The notes under the pieces are model-generated. The model had not been told where the DNA came from. It worked only from the letters and a program-made list of their open reading frames with translations, and ran no database searches. A stretch of DNA of 33,580 nucleotides from a virus (lineage: Duplodnaviria > Caudoviricetes), in the IMG/VR virus record IMGVR_UViG_3300047562_004402, positions 1 to 33,580 of that record; one strand, 5' to 3'. A program made the position numbers and the translations under genes. Within the stretch, counting starts at the first letter, position 1, and each line of letters begins with the position of its first letter. This document shows positions 17,148 through 27,000 of the stretch, piece by piece.

Positions 17148-17579
17148 TTACTCTTTATTATTTAGAAAATTTGTTTTAAGATTTTTAAGAAGTTCTGATG
17201 TTGATCCAATAAAAACTGCATTATTTGTGACAGAATTTGGTCCTTTTTGAGTTCTATCTTCATCAAGGTCTTTCATTTTCTTTTGAAGATCTACTAGTTT
17301 ATCTGTAACGTCACCAATATTTTTAATTAACTGTCCAGCAACTTCATATGCCCTAGGGCTATCACCTTCTCCAGCAAGTTCTAAAATGCCATTGACTGCT
17401 TCTTGACCCTTTTCAATAAGAGAATATAAATTTGCTCTTGTATACTCATAATCTTTTTTTATATCAATTTCAATTTGTGTTGATTCAATTTTTTTTATTT
17501 CTGTTTGTGAAGATTCTATTTCAACAATAGAAGATTCTATGTTTAGGGCTTTATCGATAGGATCATAATTTTTTGTCAT
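17148..17579 (-). CDS. g16: Terminase small subunit gp16
   Basis: DYEYTRANLYSLIEKGQEAVNGILELA..DSPRAYEVAGQLIK, NNAVFIGSTSEL, as in cyanophage gp16. Confidence 0.92.
   Translation of the reverse strand: MTKNYDPIDKALNIESSIVEIESSQTEIKKIESTQIEIDIKKDYEYTRANLYSLIEKGQEAVNGILELAGEGDSPRAYEVAGQLIKNIGDVTDKLVDLQKKMKDLDEDRTQKGPNSVTNNAVFIGSTSELLKNLKTNFLNNKE
17159..17166 (-). promoter_or_regulatory. Late-promoter-like TCTAAATA in the g16 3' end, upstream of the insert
   Basis: Variant motif 26-35 nt before the start of the 363-aa ORF. Confidence 0.45.
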
Positions 17580-17585
17580 AATTTA

Positions 17586-18386
17586 TTATATATCTTTTTG
17601 TTGTGTTGGACTGTATGATCTTCCATCAAATAGAAGTTCTAAAGATTCATTAAACCCATAATCATCATCTGGATTTGCATCAATTGGATCTGGTGTGACT
17701 GTATATCGCAATTCCCTTCTAGCTATTGATGTATCAGTTGTATTATATACATCAACTTGGGCTTTACGGATAATTGAATCTGTAGAATCTTCTAGAGGAC
17801 CGAATAGGTATGTTTTTGCAGTAAAATTAAATGTATATAGTAAAGATCTTCTGGTAGAAAAATCACCTTCATAATCATCTTGAAAATCTATTGAGTCTAA
17901 TACAATAGGAACATCTCTTTTTTCACCAATAGAATCAATTAGATCAATTGTAATATTGAATGAAGGTTGAAAATTTGGAAGTATTTGCTCTACTATTTGC
18001 AAAGCATCATCATTCAATTTTGAAAGAACTGTCAATTGGAACCCAATATTATATGGAACCGGCAAATAAACTTTACTAATACTTCCATTAGTCCCAACTG
18101 CCTTAAATGTTTGAGTTATTGATGCTTTTCTAGAACCATCGTATTTTATGGATGTCATTTCAAATGACATTCTTGGTAGTGTTATAGCAACTGGCTGACG
18201 AAGCTCTTCCTGCTGCTGCAACTTTGCTAAGAACTTCTGTATTGGGCCATATGCTATTGGAACTTTAATATCAGAAATATAATTATCTTCACTATTTTTG
18301 TGTTTGATGTGAATATCATTAAATAATGTACCGAACCCAAAAATAGTTTTTCTTATTATTTGATGATAATAATATTTTCCTAGCAT
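17586..18386 (-). CDS. g15: Tail sheath stabilizer / proximal tail completion protein gp15
   Basis: YYYHQIIRKTI.GFGTLFN, VPIAYGP.QKFL, LPRMSFE, PVPYN, QIVEQILPNFQP. Confidence 0.96.
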   Translation of the reverse strand: MLGKYYYHQIIRKTIFGFGTLFNDIHIKHKNSEDNYISDIKVPIAYGPIQKFLAKLQQQEELRQPVAITLPRMSFEMTSIKYDGSRKASITQTFKAVGTNGSISKVYLPVPYNIGFQLTVLSKLNDDALQIVEQILPNFQPSFNITIDLIDSIGEKRDVPIVLDSIDFQDDYEGDFSTRRSLLYTFNFTAKTYLFGPLEDSTDSIIRKAQVDVYNTTDTSIARRELRYTVTPDPIDANPDDDYGFNESLELLFDGRSYSPTQQKDI

Positions 18387-19798
18387 TAATAGTATCCAAA
18401 TGGGTTTTTCTCTGTCGTATCTAAAACTTTTTCAGACTCAATCTGAAAATCTTCATTTTGATTATATTTATCAAAACTATTATACTCATTATAAGATTTA
18501 ATAGAATACCTTGCTGATGAGGAAGACCCAACAACAGATTCACCTGGCAAAAATGTTCCAACAATATTTGATATAGCCAAAATTTTGTCCTTATAATCGA
18601 ATTGATTTGTCCAATTTTTAACTATTGCAGTTGCACCACTCTTTTGCCCAATAACTTTTTCGCCAGAAATAAATGTGCCAATTCCAAGTTGTATTGGATC
18701 AGAAATAGTTATAATCGGAGCTTCAGTATATCCAAATCCCGCATTAACAATATAAATATTGCTCACTTTCCCATTAGCATCAATTTCTGCTTTTGCTGTG
18801 GCAGTTATTCCTCCACCAACTGGAGCTGATATAGTAACTTCAGGCTCATCATAATAGCTTGAACCCTGTGAAATAAGTTCAATTTTGTAGATACAACTAG
18901 TGCCTATTGAACATGTTGCTGCCGCTCCAGCCCCTCCACCTCCAGTAATACTAATATTTGGAATGGATTGATAATTAGTACCACCATTTGAAATTAAAAT
19001 ATCAGTTAATGCAAAAAATGTTCCACCAATTCTTCTTGTTTGTGCAACAGCAGATGCTGAAATCGCACCAAAGCCAAATTGATTTGTTGGAGCAGGATCT
19101 ATAATTACTGATGGTCTTGATGTATACCCAAATCCATCATTATTTAAATATATTTTATTGATCGTTCCATATTCAGAAACAAATGCTTCAGCATAAGCTG
19201 TAGAACCTAAGCTGACCATGATAAGTTCTGATATATGCCCCTTCTCTTCCATCTTTTCCTGTAAATTTTCAATATCTGTATTGATAATTTCATCTTCATA
19301 TTCAAACAACTCACACTTCAATTCATAAACATAATTTTCTCCAAGTTGGTAAAATGGATTTTCAAATATTACTTGTTTTATTTCAAATAATCTTTCACCT
19401 AAAGGAAAGTAAATTAAATCACCCTCTCTAGGTCTGGATGAATCTACTTTATCTTCTTGATTTGCATCAACAATTCCTTTTACTAATGGTGAAATGTATA
19501 TCTCATATCTTTCCTTAGAAATTGTTAAAGAAATTTCATTTTTTAATGTTATTCCAAACTTTGACATTATATCAGCACCACCAGCATATCCTTCATAGTT
19601 ATTTAAATATGCTTCAATAACAAAGGATCTTTCAAAGTATGAAGATTGAACTTCTTTAATTATATTATCTGTCCTTAAACTTATTCTTGGTATATAATAT
19701 ACGTCAATACCATACATTTTAATTTGCTCATTTACTAAGCTTTGAATAAGACCTTGCTCGGACTTAGTTCCGTTTAAAAAGAAGGGATTTAATGCCAT
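18386..19798 (-). CDS. g14: Neck protein gp14 with internal repeat insertion
   Basis: MALNPFF, EQIKMYG.DVYYIPR, RPREGDLIYFP, PFYQLG..YVYELKCELFEY, and C-terminal EKNPFG. Confidence 0.93.
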   Translation of the reverse strand: MALNPFFLNGTKSEQGLIQSLVNEQIKMYGIDVYYIPRISLRTDNIIKEVQSSYFERSFVIEAYLNNYEGYAGGADIMSKFGITLKNEISLTISKERYEIYISPLVKGIVDANQEDKVDSSRPREGDLIYFPLGERLFEIKQVIFENPFYQLGENYVYELKCELFEYEDEIINTDIENLQEKMEEKGHISELIMVSLGSTAYAEAFVSEYGTINKIYLNNDGFGYTSRPSVIIDPAPTNQFGFGAISASAVAQTRRIGGTFFALTDILISNGGTNYQSIPNISITGGGGAGAAATCSIGTSCIYKIELISQGSSYYDEPEVTISAPVGGGITATAKAEIDANGKVSNIYIVNAGFGYTEAPIITISDPIQLGIGTFISGEKVIGQKSGATAIVKNWTNQFDYKDKILAISNIVGTFLPGESVVGSSSSARYSIKSYNEYNSFDKYNQNEDFQIESEKVLDTTEKNPFGYY

Positions 19799-20637
19799 TA
19801 TCCAATAAAGTCGTATGGTGGTAGTTCATATTCTGAGGCCATTCTTTGTTTAATATCACTTAGTTCTTTCTCTGCATCATCATATAACTCTCTTCCATTA
19901 AATTCAACACCACCTGGAAGTTTTGTTCCCCTAAATTTCATTAAATTTTGTCCCCATTGTCTTTTAATTAGGGCAGTAAGATACATCTTTAAAAATGAAT
20001 CATTATAAACTCTTGTAAAACTGTCTGGATCTAAAATTCTATAACAATCAAGCACTATAAATGTGTCTAGACTTTGTGATCCCCAGTCAATATCCAAATA
20101 TAATCTGTCTTGATTTTTGTTGAACCTAACTTGCTTATCTGTAGTCAAAAGAAAATCAATATCTTCTAGATATCTTTTAGTCATTGCATATTGCAATAAT
20201 TCAACGGAATTAAAATAATATAAATCATTTAAAAATAATTGATATTTGATACTAAACATTCCTCCAGAAATTGAGCTAGTATCAAATTTAAATACTTTTT
20301 CTATACCTATTACAGAATCTGGAACCTGTATATAATTAGATGTCTCATAAAAATTAAAAGTAGTTGGCTGCCCATCTATAGTAGATGTGCCAGAAGTTGT
20401 AACTATTCCTACACCGGAAGTACCTTTTGCCTTTCCCCTATCAATATCATCTTGAGAAATTTTATATTTAAGATACATTCTTTCCACACCATCAAAATGC
20501 CTTTCATAAAAATATTGAAGAGCATCATCAACTAAATCATCAATCTGTTCCTCGGCAACATTAATTTCTAATACGGGAGCACCAAGCCTTCTTAGACAAT
20601 AATCAATTAAACCTTGTCTACTTGATGGTTTTGCCAT
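19798..20637 (-). CDS. g13: Neck protein gp13
   Basis: LIDYCLRRLGAPVLEINV, ALIKRQWGQNL.KF.G..LPGGV..NG. Confidence 0.96.
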   Translation of the reverse strand: MAKPSSRQGLIDYCLRRLGAPVLEINVAEEQIDDLVDDALQYFYERHFDGVERMYLKYKISQDDIDRGKAKGTSGVGIVTTSGTSTIDGQPTTFNFYETSNYIQVPDSVIGIEKVFKFDTSSISGGMFSIKYQLFLNDLYYFNSVELLQYAMTKRYLEDIDFLLTTDKQVRFNKNQDRLYLDIDWGSQSLDTFIVLDCYRILDPDSFTRVYNDSFLKMYLTALIKRQWGQNLMKFRGTKLPGGVEFNGRELYDDAEKELSDIKQRMASEYELPPYDFIG

Positions 20638-20683
20638 TATAGATTACTCCTGCAGTATTGTTAATTATATGAGGACTTATTTT

Positions 20684-20691
20684 TATTTATA
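20684..20691 (-). promoter_or_regulatory. Late promoter TATAAATA upstream of g13, overlapping the stop of the NblA-like ORF
   Basis: Exact consensus; SD GGAG precedes the g13 ATG. Confidence 0.78.
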
Positions 20692-20863
20692 TGCCATTAT
20701 CTTGAAAATAAGCTAAAACTTCTTGCTGTTTTAGATACAATTTACAATATACTTTTGAAAAATTTTTCAATTCACTAAAAGACATTTCATCGATGAATCT
20801 TGAATGTTTTTCATATTCAAACATTTTATCAATGCTAGTTAGTTCTATCTCGTCTGGATTCAT
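20687..20863 (-). CDS. 58-aa NblA-like protein (putative phycobilisome degradation adaptor)
   Basis: Not in the ORF track. MNPDEIELTSIDKMFEYEKHSRFIDEMSFSELKNFSKVYCKLYLKQQEVLAYFQDNGI*. SD GGAG lies about 8 nt upstream. Size and the pattern IEL.S....F...........MS....K.F match my recollection of NblA. The ORF is likely real; the function is inferred. Confidence 0.6.
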   Translation of the reverse strand: MNPDEIELTSIDKMFEYEKHSRFIDEMSFSELKNFSKVYCKLYLKQQEVLAYFQDNGI

Positions 20864-21068
20864 TTAATAACTCCATAAGTAAAGATTTAATTTCAGTTAC
20901 TTCATTTCTTAAATTTTCAATTTCTTCTTTTTGGCTTAGTTTATACTTTAATTTATTTTTTCTGGATAAAATATATTGCTCATATGATGCAGAGTCTTTA
21001 TTAATAATTGCTCCAGTAGTTTCATCCCGATATAGATTTGTGTATCCTTCAACTCTAATATGCTCCAT
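20835..21068 (-). CDS. Conserved hypothetical phage protein (about 77 aa) with C-terminal coiled coil
   Basis: MEHIRVEGYTNLYRDETTGAIIN...EIENLRNEVTEIKSLLMELL. Start reassigned to ATG 21068, just after the upstream stop. Confidence 0.8.
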   Translation of the reverse strand: MEHIRVEGYTNLYRDETTGAIINKDSASYEQYILSRKNKLKYKLSQKEEIENLRNEVTEIKSLLMELLNESRRDRTN

Positions 21069-21069
21069 A

Positions 21070-24000
21070 TTATGCCAATGCAATAGATCTTACTGTACTG
21101 ATAATTGGGGGTTCACACTGATTTGTTCCAGACATTACAACTTTAATTGCATAGCCAACAAATTCTGGTAGATTTGCTGCAGTGTATTCGTATTCACGGA
21201 ATTGATTATTTTCACTTGGAGAAACAAATTTATCAGGAAGGCCACTGTTTAATGATGGATTAATTATATCTAAAAATCCATCTTGGTCATTATCAATAGT
21301 TAAATTCTCATATCCTGGGAATAAAGTAAATGATTGATCAACTTCAAAAGAATCTGCCCTAATCAATGCATAAAGTACTCTGAAATCTGCAGATGCATGT
21401 CTATAAGCACTTATAATAACTTTTAATGATGTTGATGGTTGTTCAAGTTGAACTACATTAGAAACATATGTTGCATCATGAGAACTGTCATATATTTCAT
21501 TAGATTTTCTATCTGTTATGTAATTAGATACTGGCTTATTCAATCTTGGAATTGAGAAGTTAGTTACACTATTATCAATAAAAATTTGTGGTGACAAATT
21601 AGGATTTTTTGTTTGCAAAGTTATTCTTGTTGTAAATGATTTAGAATTTGGGAGGCCATTTAGATATGCCAATTCATTAGCCCTTGAGCAAACCATTCTT
21701 GGTGTAGTAAATGTATTTGTTCTATTTAATTGAACTGCAGTATATCCTGTATCCAAGAATGAAGTCTCGTTTCCACTTACGCTAGTGGAAGTTATAGTTC
21801 TTACTGCAGCAGAAACTGAGACACTTTGACCTCCCGGTGCATAAACATCATAAGATGGAACAATTTCATTGAACATTAAGTTCTTTGAGGCTGAAACTGT
21901 ATCTCCACCAATATAATCTTGCTTTGAGAATGATAATTGTGGTGCTCCTGTAGGAACATTATCTGATGATCTATTTACACCAGATGTTCTATCAAACTCA
22001 ATATAATAATTATCCATATCTGGTTGTATGTCTGCAATATTAAAAGTTGTATTTAATCTTCTTAGTGAAACACCACTAATTTCATACTTATAAATTAATT
22101 GCCCAGTTATGTATGATGCAGTTTTTGTAGAATCTATACCTCTTGTTATTCCAGTTAAAGAATTGCCGCTAGTGCCACTATAAGAGATTATTTCATTTAG
22201 TATTTTAACATAACCGGGATTATTTGCAGAAACTGCAATACCTTCAAAGGTTTGGAAAATATTTATATTGCTTACTGGTATTGCGGTAGATCTTGAAGTT
22301 ATATCAGCTGTTATTTTTTCTGGAGCATAGTCACTTCTAATATTAGCTATAGAAACATTATTTGCAGTTGAATACATTCCATGGCTAAGATGATTTACTT
22401 TTGCAACGTTTCCCTTGTAAATTGTATTTGGAATTGATGAAGACTGAATTGTTAACGTTGTTGACTGAACACCACCATTAAAATAGGTTAGATTTGCAGT
22501 TGGAGTAAAAGATTCTCCTTGAACATTAGTTAAAAATACAGTATCATAATTCGTTACCGTTGTTATTGTTATTTCTGCAGCAAAACCACTTCCGCCAGCA
22601 GTTGATGTTACAATACCAACAGTATCCCCCACCTTATAACCACTTCCAGCCGAGTTTATTGCAACGGATGTAATCTCTCCAGATGTAGTAGTTATATTTA
22701 ATGTTAATCCACTACCAGTACCACTTATATTAAATGTTTCTACAGCAGTTTGATCAGTATAGTTAAATCCTGGTGTAGTAATAGATGGAGTTCCTGCAAC
22801 AGGACCACCAAAATCCTCAATAAAACCATAGTTATAGGTTTTAATACTTTCTGAAACTTTTCTTCCAATTGTTAAATTATTAAATATAGCATCATTAGTC
22901 GCAATTGGGGTGAATGTTACCGATATCTTTTTGGGATAAATTTCAATTGGATCAGTCGCCAATTTTCCAAATTGATTTCTTACAGTATTTTCATTTATTG
23001 TTGGGTTATAAAATACTGCAGTACCTACGTTAGAAAATTGTGCTTTATACAAGTCAAATTTTAGATCTTGATTTTGATCTGCTGACCATATTGATCCATT
23101 TTGAGATTTAAATAAACTTCCAATTGCAAATTGCTTAGAGTATTTTACTCTTTCTGCTTCAGGAAGACCTAACAAAGCCCTTTCATTTAATGAACTCTCA
23201 TTCATTTCAGCTATAAACATTTCATACCCAACACTTTCTGGAGCCAAAAGAACTAATGCATATTCATCATCTGGTGGCAAATAAATTGGGTATGGGAATC
23301 TAACTAAAACTGCTATAGAAGCATCTTCAGTAACACATTCCCTTAATGGTCGAATAATCATTTCATCCGGATTGGATGTATTATATGACATAACTATGCT
23401 ATTTGGATTTAATGTCACAGATTCCCCAATTTGAGTCAATGTTGGGGTTCCTAACTCCATAGTTCTAATTTGTATAGTTATTGGAGCATTTCCAGAATCA
23501 ACACTTGCGAAATATAAACCAACTTTTGTTAAAAATGCACCTTCACTATCAGATACTTTATCTAGCTTTGAATCCGCTTGAATACTAGAAGAGCTTTGTG
23601 ACGTTCTCCCAACTTCAAATGATTGTGCCAGTGGATCAAATCTTTCAAGTGTTTGAACTCTTCTTGTAGTTGTAGTTGTTATTGTTGTAGTATTAACTCT
23701 TGTAATATTATTAGTTTCAAGAATTGTTGTAGATTCTGTAGTTTCATCTTGGAATGTATTTACCAATCCAGTAGCTCTGTAATTTACCTCAGCTTTAGAA
23801 ATATCAGTACTTCCAGGTAAAGCTGATGCATTATTAATACTACTAGTTAAGATATAAGTTTTTGTTCCTGTTGGAATTTTTACAGATGCGTTAGAATTTG
23901 GATCATCAATAAAGAAGCATCCCTTTAGATCTCCATAAGCATCAGTAATTAAAGAGTTACTTACCAAATAACCTTCTGCACCAGAAGTTTGGCCAACAAA

Positions 24001-27000
24001 TTTTACATATGTTGTTAAATAGCCACTATACTGACCTTCAGCTAAAGAAGATAAGCTTTCAATGTCGATGTTTAAATAATTTAAAGTTGTACTATATTTT
24101 GAAGGTAAAATAGTAGATTTGTCATATGGACATCCACCATAAATTGATGATGGATTTGTTATTGGGCCAGTTTTATGATTTGGTGCTGCCAATTTAAATC
24201 TAATACATTCTTCAGTAGCTGGTCCAATTCCTTGAGAATTTGGTTCCTGAATGATATACCCAATAACATCTTCCCCTTGCTTAAAGGCACCTGAGGTAAG
24301 ATTAATTTTTATAATCTTTGATATAAATTTTAAATTAGTGATATTGTCTAAAAATTGATAATGTATTGTAAACGGTTTTAAGTTTACCGCATCAAATTCA
24401 ACGTTTCTTGAGCGAATATATATTTCATCACCAACACTTATCAGTCTTCTTACAGTAGATGAAACCGTATCTTTAGATGTTGTTATATTAGATCTTTCTG
24501 AAGTCAACTCTGTAGATGAAGATGTTCTTACAGTAGTTGTAACAACTCGTCTAGTATCTCCGTTTACTGCACCTGGCCCAAAACGTGCATCAAATGCTGC
24601 AGCACCAAGAAGTCTTACACCAGCATCTATAGTTACAGTAGCATTTGCAGTTCTAATTTGATTTATGGTATTTACATTAGTACTTCTTAAAGTAGTAGTC
24701 TTTGTAATAAGTTTTGCAGGTAATAGAAGTTCTGTTCTAACCCATCTATCTTCAGGAGGATTAAGTGTTAAATTTCCAACATACTCTATCACATGGAAAG
24801 GATTTACATTTTCTACTCTAGTTGCAATTGGCTGTGAAATCCATTTTACATCAGTGTAATCTAGAGTTAATGATGTTGGCAATTGACCTTTTGAAGTTGA
24901 AAATCTTATGCCGTTATCATTACTAGTATAAATTTCACCATAACGAGAAACATTATTTTCTGACAAAGTTTTTACATACTCATATCTCGCTAATTTATAT
25001 TCTGGAACATTTGATAATGTATTTTCAATTTTAAATGAACTAATTTGATTTTCGCCAACTTCAACATTTGAAAGTTGCAAATTAATTGATGAACTATCAC
25101 TAAAATTATCAACAAAAAATCCAGTTTTAAATTGATTTAGCCCATCAGCGTCTCTAATTTGTAACGCCTCAGTATTAACCTCCAATAATGAAAGAGTTGT
25201 TGTTCTTTCAAGATTAGTAATCCGGGTATCAAGTTTGCCAATGTCTTTCATTGTATATCTTTTATTATTTTCCAAAGATATCAATGCAGATTTTGCATTA
25301 TCTAGATATGGGGGATATATTAATGTTGCTAACAACATTGAGTCACCAATTTTTTCCGGAGGCTTGGGATTTACATCGGAGACACCTTTTCTAACTACAA
25401 ATTCACCATTTCTATTTAAATACAATCTATCAATCCTACCCAAATATCGTTCAATTCCTAATATACAAACTTCATCTGGTGCTAAAATAACACTAGGATC
25501 ATTGGCATGGAAATTTCTTGATGAAAATTCAAATGGTGAATTAGTTAAAGTATCAGTATTTTCAATAGGCGAAACTCTTGGCCTAAAGTCTAAAATATCA
25601 TATGCCGGAACTTCATTACGCCCAATTCTAGGAATTAACTCCTGATATTGATCTTTTGAATAACTTAAAGCCGTAAATGCATCACCATTATCATTACTTG
25701 GAACAGAATAATAATCAAATATGGCAATTACTTTTTTAGTTGGTTCTGGTTCTCCAGATTTTCTAAGCAATCTTGAATAATCGTAATATTGACTTTTCTG
25801 CCCCTTATCCAGTAAAAATCTATTAGTTATATTTTTATATGCTCCAAAGGTAATCGAATCAATATTGGCAGTAATTCCAGATTCGGAAAATTTTACAACT
25901 TCATCTGAAATAAATTTTTCCCCATTTAAATAGACAAACTCTAGACTATTTGGAAATCCTACAGGTTTTCTTATAACCTGACATACTGCACCAGATGTTT
26001 GACCAATAATCTTTTCACCTATAATTGCATTAGATGAAACATTAACCAAAGAGCTAAAACTTAAACGATCTAAAGAAGGTTCTAATTCATCTAAGGATTC
26101 ATAGACTGCAATTATTTTTGCAACATCTGGATAATTTAAACAAAGAGCTTCATCTTGAATTCTTACACCATAAATTGAACTATAACTCAAGCCATCAGAA
26201 ATGCTAGATTCTGAATTTGTTCCAGAAATTTTGTATTTTGATTTTGTAAAATTAACAATTTTACTCTTATTATATATTTTTACCTTACTATTAATTCCAC
26301 GCTTAATTAATGTTGCAAAGACAGTATCTACTGATTTTGATTGTGCAATATTACTAAAACTAATTTGATTTTGCTCAATATCCAAAGAAAATTTATCTGA
26401 TGTTAATGATTCTACCGTTTTATCATCATAATGAATACTATAATTTTCCTCATCAAATCCCTGGAATGATGATGTAGTTATTCCTGCTGGCAAATCAAAA
26501 TAACTAGAATCTAGAGTCAATGAACCCAATGCTGTAGTTGTACTTGGGTTCTTTGTTTGTGCTTTGAAAGTTAAAGTTGAATTTGATAAGTTTAAAGATG
26601 CAGTATTGGTTGATGGTAAAAATGCATATAAAGAGCCATCATTATATGAAATTATATTTGGCACCCTTAATGATAAATTTAATTGTGTTGTGACTGAAAC
26701 TCCAATGGTGCCATTAGCAACTCCTGTTACTGAATTTATTGCACCCAAAACCATAGATGTTCCATCAGCAGACACTGATACTACTTCATTGTAATGAATA
26801 TCATTATCGCCAATATATGAAATAATACTTCCTACTTTAATATTGGAAAAATATTTTCCGGGAGAAGTTACTGTGTTTGTTGCAGGGTTTAAAATAAATC
26901 TATCTGAAGATGAAAAACCCGGAATATTTGATTTTAATAGAACTGTATCTGCAGAAAAATGTGTAAAGTCTGTAGTAGAATTTCTAAAAACGGATTTTAT

